64,000 bases of DNA from Christensenellaceae bacterium (GTDB taxonomy: Bacteria; Bacillota; Clostridia; Christensenellales; UBA1242), in NCBI GenBank assembly GCA_031256235.1, contig JAIRQZ010000032.1:5224-69223 (forward strand), given 5' to 3'. A program made the position numbers and the translations under genes. Below, piece after piece: positions 44,886 to 53,069 of the stretch. Within the stretch, counting starts at the first letter, position 1, and every line of letters begins with the position of its first letter. Below the pieces are notes generated by a model that worked only from the letters and a program-made list of their open reading frames with translations, was not told the DNA's origin and did no database searches.

Positions 44886-45486
44886 GCGCCATCAACACGG
44901 CATGACTCTCAAGTTCCTCGCGATTCATGCGGCCTTTTGTAAGTTGGTTTACGATGCCGTCGCGACCTTTAAGTGTCTTTACGCCGAAAATTTCGCCAAG
45001 GTGTCCGCACTCTGTCCCTTTTAAAACGTCTTTCATAATCACATTCGGCATGGGAAACGCAGGAGACAGTCCAACGAAAAAGTTTTTGCCGTCGTGTATG
45101 ACCGCCGCGCCAAGCATAAAGTATTCATCGCCGACTTTGAAGCATCCACCTTCAAGCCCAACGGTATAATCACATTTTGTGCCTTGTTTGGAAAAATAGT
45201 CCCACGTGATATTGGCTCGGTTTTTTGCCCCAAGTACAGTTTCGTCAAGCGTAATCGGATTTGTGGAAACTTTGGAGACCTTATCCGTACTGTTGCCAGT
45301 CACTGGCTCGCGAAGGTCTTTTGGCAACAATACATATTCAATCCTGTCGTGCCCACGACCCTGCGTAATAGGGTGCTTCTCATCTGACTTTTCCATGCGC
45401 TCGAGCCAAATATCGCTGTACCTGGCAAATGATTTGCCGATTGCGCCGACTTTGCTTTCTGCCCTTGACCCAATGCCAATTATCAT
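44854..45486 (-). CDS. inosine/xanthosine triphosphatase-like (YjjX/DUF84 NTPase family)
   Basis: MIIGIGS...TVGLEGG...FMLGAAVIHDG...SPAFPMP...GIVNQLTKGRMNREE...AVLMAL parallels YjjX by eye, with an internal insertion. Confidence 0.6.
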   Translation of the reverse strand: MIIGIGSRAESKVGAIGKSFARYSDIWLERMEKSDEKHPITQGRGHDRIEYVLLPKDLREPVTGNSTDKVSKVSTNPITLDETVLGAKNRANITWDYFSKQGTKCDYTVGLEGGCFKVGDEYFMLGAAVIHDGKNFFVGLSPAFPMPNVIMKDVLKGTECGHLGEIFGVKTLKGRDGIVNQLTKGRMNREELESHAVLMALTKVVSSQYF

Positions 45487-45494
45487 GTCATATT
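45465..45494 (+). promoter_or_regulatory. rubrerythrin promoter abutting start (leaderless geometry)
   Basis: TTGACC (45465-45470) - 18 nt incl. TGt - CATATT (45489-45494) - 5 nt - ATG 45500. It lies inside the divergent gene's 5' coding region. Confidence 0.4.
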
Positions 45495-45520
45495 ATAGCA
45501 TGACATTAAAAGGCACACAA
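45492..45520 (-). promoter_or_regulatory. promoter of YjjX-like gene abutting start (leaderless geometry)
   Basis: Minus strand TTGTGT (45520-45515) - 17 nt incl. TGc - TATAAT (45497-45492) - 5 nt - ATG 45486. It lies inside the rubrerythrin 5' coding region. Confidence 0.45.
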
Positions 45521-46039
45521 ACGGAAAAAAACTTGCACGAAGCATTTGCTGGCGAGTCCATGGCACGCAACAAATACACGTATTTTGCGGGCAAAGCACG
45601 AAAAGAAGGATACGAACAAATCGCGGACTTTTTTTTGCAAAGCGCAGATAACGAAAAAGAGCACGCCAAAATATGGTTCAAACTGCTTAACAATAATGAA
45701 GTACCTACCACAACAGATAACCTTTCGGAATCTGCAAAGGGCGAAAACTTTGAACACAGCAACATGTACAAACGCTTTGCCACCGAAGCAAAAAAAGAAG
45801 GCTTTGACGATATTGCGTTCCTGTTCGAAAAAATCGGAGAAATCGAAAAGCATCACGAAGCAAGGTATTTGGCTTTGCTTGAAAATTTGAAGAAAAATCA
45901 AGTCTTCGCACGCAAAGGCAAACAAACTTGGCAATGCAGAAACTGCGGACATGAACTTGTCGGAACCGATGCACCCAAGCAATGCCCTGTATGCAGTCAC
46001 CCACAAGCATATTTTGAAATCAAGAACGCAAACTATTAA
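45500..46039 (+). CDS. rbr: rubrerythrin
   Basis: MTLKGTQTEKNLHEAFAGESMARNKY...EKEHAKIW...IEKHHEARY (diiron four-helix bundle) plus the C-terminal rubredoxin-like CRNCGH...CPVCSHP. The track ORF 5' extension (45206) is antisense to the YjjX-like gene. Confidence 0.9.
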   Translation: MTLKGTQTEKNLHEAFAGESMARNKYTYFAGKARKEGYEQIADFFLQSADNEKEHAKIWFKLLNNNEVPTTTDNLSESAKGENFEHSNMYKRFATEAKKEGFDDIAFLFEKIGEIEKHHEARYLALLENLKKNQVFARKGKQTWQCRNCGHELVGTDAPKQCPVCSHPQAYFEIKNANY

Positions 46040-46051
46040 AAGGAGTCCCAT

Positions 46052-47191
46052 ATGTACCCTGTCTTTCCCGACTACACGAATAATGTCATCAATGTAAGTT
46101 CTACACTTATGAACTTTTTGGGCACAGACAATGGATTGCCGAAAATCAAAGTCTTACAAGACGAGCTTTCAAAAGATTACAAAAACGTTGTCTATATAAT
46201 CGTGGATGGACTTGGGCAAAAGATACTTGATCGTAATCTTAATAAAACCGCCTTTATGCATCAAAACAACCGCCAAACGATTACTACTGTGTTCCCGTCA
46301 ACCACGACCAATGCCACAACAAGTATATTGACGGCGAACTACCCTGCAAGCCACGGTTGGTTCGCGTGGTCGATGAACTTCGGCGACAGGACAATCGAGT
46401 TATTTAAAAACACTGACTATTACACGGGCCAAAAAATATCTGACGTAATTGTCAAAAAGCAACTGCCGTACAAAAACTTTTTTGAAAAGCCCCGCAAAGG
46501 CATATCCACATACACTTTGATGCCCGAAAAAGCCAATGTTGCAACACCAAGTGAAAACGCCTATACCCACAAGGGACCAAAAGACATGTTCAAAAAACTT
46601 GAAATGCTTTGCAAACAAAATGGCAAAAAATTTATCTACAGTTACTTTTGGGACATAGACAACAAAATGCACCAATGCGGGCCCAAAAGCGCAAAAACAA
46701 AAAAGATGGTCAAGCAACTGGACAAACAATTTGAAAAAGTCGTCACAGAAAATCCAGGCTCGCTTTTCGTTTTAACCGCTGACCATGGCCACGTCGACAT
46801 CAAAGGCTTTGTGGACATTTACAAAGACGAAGATATCATCGCCTGCCTTACCGCAAACATATCGCTTGATACACGCGCCACAGGCTTTCACATCAAATCG
46901 GGTATGGAAGGAAAATTTAAATCTGCTTTTGCAAAATACTCTGCCGACTTTGAACTATTTGAAACCTCGGACCTTATCGCCCGTGGCGTGTTCGGCCCAT
47001 TCAAAGGCGACAAGTACAAACAATTCCTTGGCAACTTTATTGCCGCGGGTAAAGATACAGGAAAAATGCTTGTCTTTGCCGAAGGTAAACAAAAAAACTC
47101 GAAAGGTAAAACCCCAGTCAACTTTCGTGGCCACCACACAGGACTTACAGAAAACGAGATGTTGGTCCCGCTTATTATTTCTTCTTGTTAG
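46052..47191 (+). CDS. alkaline-phosphatase-superfamily protein (type I phosphodiesterase/nucleotide pyrophosphatase-like)
   Basis: VVYIIVDGLGQ, FPSTTTNATTSILT, VLTADHGHVD. AAGGAG RBS. Confidence 0.72.
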   Translation: MYPVFPDYTNNVINVSSTLMNFLGTDNGLPKIKVLQDELSKDYKNVVYIIVDGLGQKILDRNLNKTAFMHQNNRQTITTVFPSTTTNATTSILTANYPASHGWFAWSMNFGDRTIELFKNTDYYTGQKISDVIVKKQLPYKNFFEKPRKGISTYTLMPEKANVATPSENAYTHKGPKDMFKKLEMLCKQNGKKFIYSYFWDIDNKMHQCGPKSAKTKKMVKQLDKQFEKVVTENPGSLFVLTADHGHVDIKGFVDIYKDEDIIACLTANISLDTRATGFHIKSGMEGKFKSAFAKYSADFELFETSDLIARGVFGPFKGDKYKQFLGNFIAAGKDTGKMLVFAEGKQKNSKGKTPVNFRGHHTGLTENEMLVPLIISSC

Positions 47192-47975
47192 GGTCGCTGT
47201 GGTCGACGCGCAGATATTTTTTGGTTTCAAACGGAGTTTGTACAATTTGGGCAAAGTCGCGTGGATTAAGCGCCGCGATAGCGAACATAACACCATCGAC
47301 TTCGGGGCATTCAAGATATTCCTTGACGTTAGTTTCGGTAATTTGTCCGCCGAACAAAAGCGTACAGTTCGCGGCCATTGGGTTACCCGTCAATTTGACA
47401 ACCGTTTTACGCATAAAGTCGGCAATGATATTACTGTACTCACCTGTTGTATAAAAGCCCGTTCCGATTGACCATATCGGCATGTAACAAAGCACAACTT
47501 TATCGACTTCACGAACACCCATAAGGCAGTCCCGCATTTGGCGCTCGATAATAACGCGGGTTTGGTCGTTGTCATATTCAATCAAGGTTTCTCCAAAACA
47601 CACAATCGGAGTAACACCATTGGCAAGACATTGTTTGACCTTGCCGTTGATTTGTTGGTCAGTCTCACCCGCCGCACGACGCTCGACGTGACCCAAGATG
47701 CAATATTTGATGCCGATGTTTGCAAGTTGAGCGGCACTTGTTTGCCCAGTGCAAGGACCAGGGCCTTTGTCCGAGCAATCTTGCGCGCCCAGCATAATGT
47801 TGGACGGCACCGAGGCAAGCGCCCCGCTTAAGTGAATCGTGGATGGACAAATGACATAGTCATGTTCCTGTTTGAACAGCGGGCTGTATTGTAAAATCTC
47901 GCGGAACCAAGTGTCCACCTCGCTCATCGAAGTTTTATATGTCTTCCAACTGCCTACGAAAAGGGTCTTTCGCAT
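47175..47975 (-). CDS. tpiA: triosephosphate isomerase homologue with non-canonical active-site residues
   Basis: Occupies the pgk-tpiA position (AGAGGTGA RBS). IMLGAQ, ILGHVERR and PIWSIGTG align to TIM, but NWK reads SWK and residue 165 is Met (codon at 47481-47483) instead of the catalytic Glu. Confidence 0.8.
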   Translation of the reverse strand: MRKTLFVGSWKTYKTSMSEVDTWFREILQYSPLFKQEHDYVICPSTIHLSGALASVPSNIMLGAQDCSDKGPGPCTGQTSAAQLANIGIKYCILGHVERRAAGETDQQINGKVKQCLANGVTPIVCFGETLIEYDNDQTRVIIERQMRDCLMGVREVDKVVLCYMPIWSIGTGFYTTGEYSNIIADFMRKTVVKLTGNPMAANCTLLFGGQITETNVKEYLECPEVDGVMFAIAALNPRDFAQIVQTPFETKKYLRVDHSDPNKKK

Positions 47976-47977
47976 AA

Positions 47978-49180
47978 TTATCTCACCTCTTTAATATTAA
48001 GTAATGCTGCAACGCCTGGCAAGGTCTTGCCTTCCAAAAGTTCCAAACTTGCCCCGCCGCCTGTCGAAAGATGAGTAAACTTGTCCGCCCAACCAAACTT
48101 GGCAACGGTAAAGGCAGTATCTCCGCCACCCGCAATTGTTATGGCCTTGCAATTCGCCATAGCGTTACCAATTTCTTTGGAACCTTGCGCGAATTTATCA
48201 AACTCGGTGACGCCCAAAGGCCCGCACCAAATAACTGTTTTGCTTTTTTGTATAACGCTTATAAAGGCCGCACGTGTCTTTGGCCCGATATCCAAGCCTT
48301 CCCAACCATCACGGATTTCGTTTGTCGCAAAGACACGTGTATTCGCGTCGGGGGCATATTTGTCCGCCGCGACACAGTCGCTTGCAACCACCAAATTAAC
48401 TTTTTTGGCTTTTGCTGTTTTAATAACATTCTTGCAATACTCGACGTTTTCCGCGTCGACGATACTGTTGCCGATTTGCCCACCCGATGCCTTTACAAAT
48501 GTATAGGTCATGCCACCGCCGACCAAAATGTTATCGGCAATTTTCAAAAGGTTGTCCATAACGCCGATTTTGTCTTTGATTTTTTTGCCACCAAAAATGA
48601 TTGTAAGCGGGCGCTTTGGGTTGGCCACGGCCTCGCCCAAAATTTTGACTTCGCGTTCCATTAAAAACCCAGCCACGGCAGGCACATATTTTGCAATACC
48701 CTCGGTCGAGGCGTGAGCCCGATGCGCAGCGCCGAAAGCGTCGTTAACATAATAATCGCACAAGGCGGCCAACTTTTTGGAAAACTCGGGGTCATTTGCG
48801 GTCTCTTCGGGATAAAATCGAATATTTTCAAGATACACAATTTCGCCACTTTTTAACTTTGAAACCGCGTCCTCGACCTTTTTGCCAATGCAATCATCAA
48901 CAAGCGTGATGTTGACGCCCTTAAGGCAATCTTGAAGTTTCTTTACAATCGGTTTAACAGTGAATTGCGTGTCGGCCTTGGATTTTGGGCGACCAAGGTG
49001 CGTACACAAAATTATTTTTGCACCCTTATCAAGGCAGTACTTGATTGTATCCAAACTTTCCCGAATTCGGGTGTCGTCGGTGATGTTGCCTTTGTCATCT
49101 TGCGGTACGTTGTGGTCAACTCGGATAAAGACGCGTTTGTCTTTAATCTCTTTCAAATTCCTTATTGTTGCTTTTTCCAT
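47978..49180 (-). CDS. pgk: phosphoglycerate kinase
   Basis: Full-length PGK (FIRVDHNVP, ILCTHLGRPK, FGAAHRAHAST, GGGDTA...). Confidence 0.96.
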   Translation of the reverse strand: MEKATIRNLKEIKDKRVFIRVDHNVPQDDKGNITDDTRIRESLDTIKYCLDKGAKIILCTHLGRPKSKADTQFTVKPIVKKLQDCLKGVNITLVDDCIGKKVEDAVSKLKSGEIVYLENIRFYPEETANDPEFSKKLAALCDYYVNDAFGAAHRAHASTEGIAKYVPAVAGFLMEREVKILGEAVANPKRPLTIIFGGKKIKDKIGVMDNLLKIADNILVGGGMTYTFVKASGGQIGNSIVDAENVEYCKNVIKTAKAKKVNLVVASDCVAADKYAPDANTRVFATNEIRDGWEGLDIGPKTRAAFISVIQKSKTVIWCGPLGVTEFDKFAQGSKEIGNAMANCKAITIAGGGDTAFTVAKFGWADKFTHLSTGGGASLELLEGKTLPGVAALLNIKEVR

Positions 49181-49418
49181 GCTTCATTATACTGGTTTTC
49201 TTTTTATTGTCCAAATGTTTTTCTGCGGTCTTTTCGACGGTTTGCTGTTGTACATTTTCTTGGGTTTTAGTGTCTTCTAACTCGTACCCGACCATATAGG
49301 GGTCGGCGTCTTCGTTATTATCAAAACTTTCAAGCGGGCTTTTTTTGGTAATTTCGACTTTGCTCCGAAGGAACTTTTCGACAATTTCGCTTGGTACACG
49401 TCTTACAATAAAAGCCAT
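49143..49418 (-). CDS. hypothetical acidic small protein (91 aa)
   Basis: AAGGAG RBS 7 nt upstream of ATG 49418, directly after the recR stop. The 3' end overlaps the pgk start by 38 nt and contains the predicted pgk promoter. Confidence 0.45.
   Translation of the reverse strand: MAFIVRRVPSEIVEKFLRSKVEITKKSPLESFDNNEDADPYMVGYELEDTKTQENVQQQTVEKTAEKHLDNKKKTSIMKHGKSNNKEFERD
49186..49214 (-). promoter_or_regulatory. pgk promoter abutting start (leaderless geometry)
   Basis: Minus strand TTGGAC (49214-49209) - 17 nt - TATAAT (49191-49186) - 5 nt - ATG 49180. Confidence 0.45.
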
Positions 49419-49436
49419 TATTGCATCTCCTTCAAT

Positions 49437-50027
49437 TTATATCTCCACCCTGTTCATAAGTGCCCTTGAAAGGGTCACTTGGTCAGCATACTCCAGATTA
49501 GTTCCGATTGCAAGACCCTGTGCCAACCTTGTGACACGAACCCCGCTTGGTTTGACAAGTGCGGCGATATAATTTGCCGTAGCCTCGCCCTCGACATCTG
49601 GATTTGTGGCAATTATAAGTTCCGTGATTTTTTCGTCGCGGATTCGAACAAGAAGACTTTTCAAGTTGATGTCATCTGGGCCTTTTTTGTCAAGCGGAGA
49701 TATAACGCCATGCAACACGTGATAAGTCCCATTAAAGGCACCGCTTTTTTCAATTGCAATAACATCGCGCGGGTCCCGCACGATACATACCACGTCGCCA
49801 CCGCGCTTTGCGCAAATATTGCACTCGTCTGCGACTGAAAAGTTACCACAACGACGACAGAATTTTACGTTAGCCTTAACGCTTAAAAGCGCATCGCAAA
49901 AATCCTTGGTAAATGCACCGTCTTCTTCCACAATTTTATAGGCGTATCTTTCCGCGGTCTTGTACCCGACTCCGGGCAACTTGGTAAAACAGTTTATAAG
50001 TCGGTTTATGCAGTCCAGGTTTTGCAC
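49437..50027 (-). CDS. recR: recombination protein RecR
   Basis: HhH (KLPGVGYKTAERYAY), C4 zinc finger (CRRCGNFS...CNIC), Toprim (VVCIVRDPRDVIAIEKSG). GTG start with AAGGTG RBS. Confidence 0.93.
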   Translation of the reverse strand: MQNLDCINRLINCFTKLPGVGYKTAERYAYKIVEEDGAFTKDFCDALLSVKANVKFCRRCGNFSVADECNICAKRGGDVVCIVRDPRDVIAIEKSGAFNGTYHVLHGVISPLDKKGPDDINLKSLLVRIRDEKITELIIATNPDVEGEATANYIAALVKPSGVRVTRLAQGLAIGTNLEYADQVTLSRALMNRVEI

Positions 50028-50030
50028 GGA

Positions 50031-50573
50031 TTACACCTTGTATGCTTCCAAAAGTTTTTCGTTAAGTTGGGGGACACAAGTGACAACAATGGTGGCGATT
50101 GCAATCGCATTCAAAATAATCGCAAGCCAGGAATAAATACGGATTTTTTTGGATGTGCTTTTAAGGCTTAAAGTGCTTGAAAGAACGCTACTTAATGCAA
50201 CAAACGGCAAGGATAACAAAGCAATCCACCAACCGTGTTGCGAGAACAGTTGCAAAAAGAATCCCAACACATTCCACGCAATCGCACCGATTGTCATGAA
50301 CACAGCAACAAACAAAAAGTATTTTTTGTACCTACGGAAAAAATCGTAAACAATAATGCGACGTTGAGTTCGCTTTACGTCCTTGTTTTCGTCTTTAAGA
50401 TTTCGCCCAAGCGGGGCGTTGCAACGCGGACATTGTTGGTGCAACTCGACCGACTTTGTGTATTCAAAGTCTTTTCCACATTGTTTGCAAATGATGCGAC
50501 CTTTGATTGCTTCGGGCACATCATCGTGCTTGATTTCAAGGCCTTTATCTTCAGTAACTTTTTTCTTTCCCAT
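50031..50573 (-). CDS. zinc-ribbon membrane protein
   Basis: CKQCG...CPRCN ribbon followed by 3 TM helices. ATG 50573 (MGKKKV) is preferred. Overlaps the spoIIE 3' end. Confidence 0.5.
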   Translation of the reverse strand: MGKKKVTEDKGLEIKHDDVPEAIKGRIICKQCGKDFEYTKSVELHQQCPRCNAPLGRNLKDENKDVKRTQRRIIVYDFFRRYKKYFLFVAVFMTIGAIAWNVLGFFLQLFSQHGWWIALLSLPFVALSSVLSSTLSLKSTSKKIRIYSWLAIILNAIAIATIVVTCVPQLNEKLLEAYKV

Positions 50574-52944
50574 AACTTGCATTATATGGCAAAACAAAAG
50601 ACTTGTCAACCGTTGAATCCAACCTTGCGACCGCGACCGTGCAATCGTCTATCGCAATCTTGTCGGTGCGCTTAAGACATTCCGATACGATTTCGTCGGC
50701 AAGTTTTTGAGGCGTCTTGGCCGACGAGTTATTAATAAAGTTCGCAAGTGCCACCCTGTCGCTGAAACTGTCCAAGACTCCGTCACTGCAAATAACGGCA
50801 TAATCGCCAGGATGAAGGTGCGCCCTTGTGATTTTTGGCACCATTTCCTCCACAATTCCCAAGGGCAAACTGCCCGCCTCTATGACTTCGATTTCGCGGG
50901 CGCGCTTTATGAACCCCTCGACCCCACCAACCTTTATAAAGTTGACCTCGCCGTCGCTTAAGGAAAACACCGCAATGTCGACGGCGGAAAAGCCCTCCTG
51001 TCCCGTAATAATAAGGAGTTGGTTTACGCTTTCGACAATAATTTCGTTGGGGAAGCCCGCCTTGTAAAAGTTTTCAACCAAACTTAATGCCAACACACTT
51101 GCACGCCTGGCCTTTTCTCCCGTGCCCATGCCGTCGCAAACCGACATCATGGTCTTGTCCGATGTGATTTTCAAGAATGAAAATGCGTCGCCGTTTTGCG
51201 GATTAAAGTCCTTTGAAACCTGGGCAATGCCAAAAGTCAGGCCATACTTGGGCGCGGTCTTGACGGTGACAATGGAAAAGCCCGCGGTTTCGGCATCATC
51301 AATAGTGTCAACCGCCATGCGATGCCCCGCGATTTTCGAGATGACACGTTCAATAGCAAGGTTTTGGGCTTCTGCGCGAGGAACCAAAACACTTACGTTA
51401 TACTCGCCGTCTCGGTTCTTTGTAATCAAAACATCGCTTGCCACGATACCTGCGCCCAGCAACGCGTCTTTGATTTCGGCGCCTTTTTCGATGTCAAAGA
51501 CGACCTCGCTTCCAAGTTCCACCGCAAAGTTTTTGCAAAGTCGGTGAAGCCCCGACAAAAGCCCAGCCATCAAGACCTTGCCCGCGTCGGTTTTCATACG
51601 GCTTGTCTCTTGGGTTTGGATCTGACTGACATAACTGTTGGCCGAATTTAAAACCGCATTAAGTTTCGTGCACTTAAGCGACATATCGGGCGTGATATCC
51701 ATAAAATTCACGTTGCCACGCCCAAGTCCGATAAAACACAACTTTTCAAACCCGTCGTCGATATCTTTCGCGGCGTTTGCGTCCCGCTTGCATTTTGGCC
51801 GATGCTCGCACGAACTGCACACGTTATCGCAAAGACGGCGCGCAAGCATCTTGGCGCTTTCTTCGCGCGGAACGCTGCCCGTTACAAGATTTTTGTAGAT
51901 GTTTTGCATCTCGTTGAACACGGAGCCCAAATTATCAAGTCGTCTGTAAACCCCTGCACGATTTTTGTTGATAGTATTTTTGCTTACAAGATAGCCACTT
52001 AAAATGCTTTTTGAAAAATCAAAGTATTTGGACACGGCGCGTGGCAAGACAAGGGCACCCAAGCATGCAAGCGCCAATGGTAAAACATCAAACACCCCGT
52101 ACCCGTAATAGGCCCGAAAGTAAAATCCCAAAACGACATCGGTGACCATAACGGCAATGATACTTAAATATTTTGTACTGCATTTAAAAGATACCGCGGC
52201 CATGGCAAGCAATGTATACGTTGAGACATAAATCAAATCAAGGCTCTGTAAACTTGCGCCCAAGCCAAGACACGCCGCGACCACCATTGCCGTGCGCGAA
52301 TCAAGCATGGACGCAGCAATCAAAATCACAAACACACTTACAAATTTGTGCAAATTAAAATAATCATAACGAAGCCCCATAAGTCCAAGCGACAAAACCA
52401 CAATAAAAACGCCTGCGCAAATCCGTTGGTCAGGTGTCCAAGGGATACGGCCTCCCCGTGTCCCTGTGGCATTGAAAAACATAAGGCAACTTGCCAAAAA
52501 CACCGTCCCGATTGCAAAATTTACACCTGCGCTATATAGTCCCAACAAATCGCCCCACGCAAAAAAGATGCCCGCAATATTGCTTGCCATGTATAAAAAG
52601 AAAATCACAGCGTATTCAAGTTTATATTTTCGCCATACTTTGCGTGCACCATATTTTTGTTTCAATATCGGCAAGCACCATGCAAGCATAAAAAATGTGG
52701 CAACTGCAACGATACTTGCGATGATATCTTGTCGTCCGTCCACCACGAACAAGGAAAACAAAAACACACACAACCCTATACCGACTTTGTTCACACGTAA
52801 GATCACACAAGCAAACAAAAATGCAACCGCAAATGGTGCCACCCTGTTATCGACTTTGGCAAAAGTTAAAACCAACAATGCCATCGCAAGCCCTGCGTTA
52901 AATGATATAATCTTAAGCCACTTAAGCCTTTGTGCCTTGGTCAT
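50551..52944 (-). CDS. spoIIE: stage II sporulation protein E (membrane PP2C phosphatase)
   Basis: About 10 N-terminal TM helices, a central regulatory region and a C-terminal PP2C domain (SVCDGMGTGEKA...ICSDGVLD). 797 aa. Confidence 0.85.
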   Translation of the reverse strand: MTKAQRLKWLKIISFNAGLAMALLVLTFAKVDNRVAPFAVAFLFACVILRVNKVGIGLCVFLFSLFVVDGRQDIIASIVAVATFFMLAWCLPILKQKYGARKVWRKYKLEYAVIFFLYMASNIAGIFFAWGDLLGLYSAGVNFAIGTVFLASCLMFFNATGTRGGRIPWTPDQRICAGVFIVVLSLGLMGLRYDYFNLHKFVSVFVILIAASMLDSRTAMVVAACLGLGASLQSLDLIYVSTYTLLAMAAVSFKCSTKYLSIIAVMVTDVVLGFYFRAYYGYGVFDVLPLALACLGALVLPRAVSKYFDFSKSILSGYLVSKNTINKNRAGVYRRLDNLGSVFNEMQNIYKNLVTGSVPREESAKMLARRLCDNVCSSCEHRPKCKRDANAAKDIDDGFEKLCFIGLGRGNVNFMDITPDMSLKCTKLNAVLNSANSYVSQIQTQETSRMKTDAGKVLMAGLLSGLHRLCKNFAVELGSEVVFDIEKGAEIKDALLGAGIVASDVLITKNRDGEYNVSVLVPRAEAQNLAIERVISKIAGHRMAVDTIDDAETAGFSIVTVKTAPKYGLTFGIAQVSKDFNPQNGDAFSFLKITSDKTMMSVCDGMGTGEKARRASVLALSLVENFYKAGFPNEIIVESVNQLLIITGQEGFSAVDIAVFSLSDGEVNFIKVGGVEGFIKRAREIEVIEAGSLPLGIVEEMVPKITRAHLHPGDYAVICSDGVLDSFSDRVALANFINNSSAKTPQKLADEIVSECLKRTDKIAIDDCTVAVARLDSTVDKSFVLPYNASYGKEKSY

Positions 52945-52998
52945 AAGATGACAGTATCAAACTTACGACAAAATATTTTGTGTATAGCGGGCGAATAA

Positions 52999-53005
52999 TG
53001 ACGAA
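52999..53005 (+). promoter_or_regulatory. candidate Spo0A (0A) box upstream of spoIIE
   Basis: TGACGAA matches TGNCGAA, 55-61 nt upstream of the spoIIE ATG. A short degenerate motif, so a chance match is plausible. Confidence 0.25.
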
Positions 53006-53036
53006 TTATGACAAAATAAAAATCAATAATTTTGCG

Positions 53037-53064
53037 TTGAAAAATCTTTTTTTTATTGTATAAT
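53037..53064 (+). promoter_or_regulatory. secA promoter abutting start (leaderless geometry)
   Basis: TTGAAA (53037-53042) - 16 nt - TATAAT (53059-53064) - 5 nt - ATG 53070. Confidence 0.5.
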
Positions 53065-53069
53065 TTGAT

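Noticed and set aside
45206-45499. Long N-terminal extension of the rubrerythrin ORF (track start 45206)
   Set aside because: The extension is antisense to the YjjX-like gene and has no rubrerythrin similarity. The canonical N-terminus MTLKGTQTEKNL begins at 45500.
46052-47191. Alkaline-phosphatase-fold protein as a PglZ/BREX component
   Set aside because: There is no PglX, BrxC or BrxL-like partner nearby. The gene follows rubrerythrin with its own RBS, and its motifs fit a generic type I phosphodiesterase/pyrophosphatase family.
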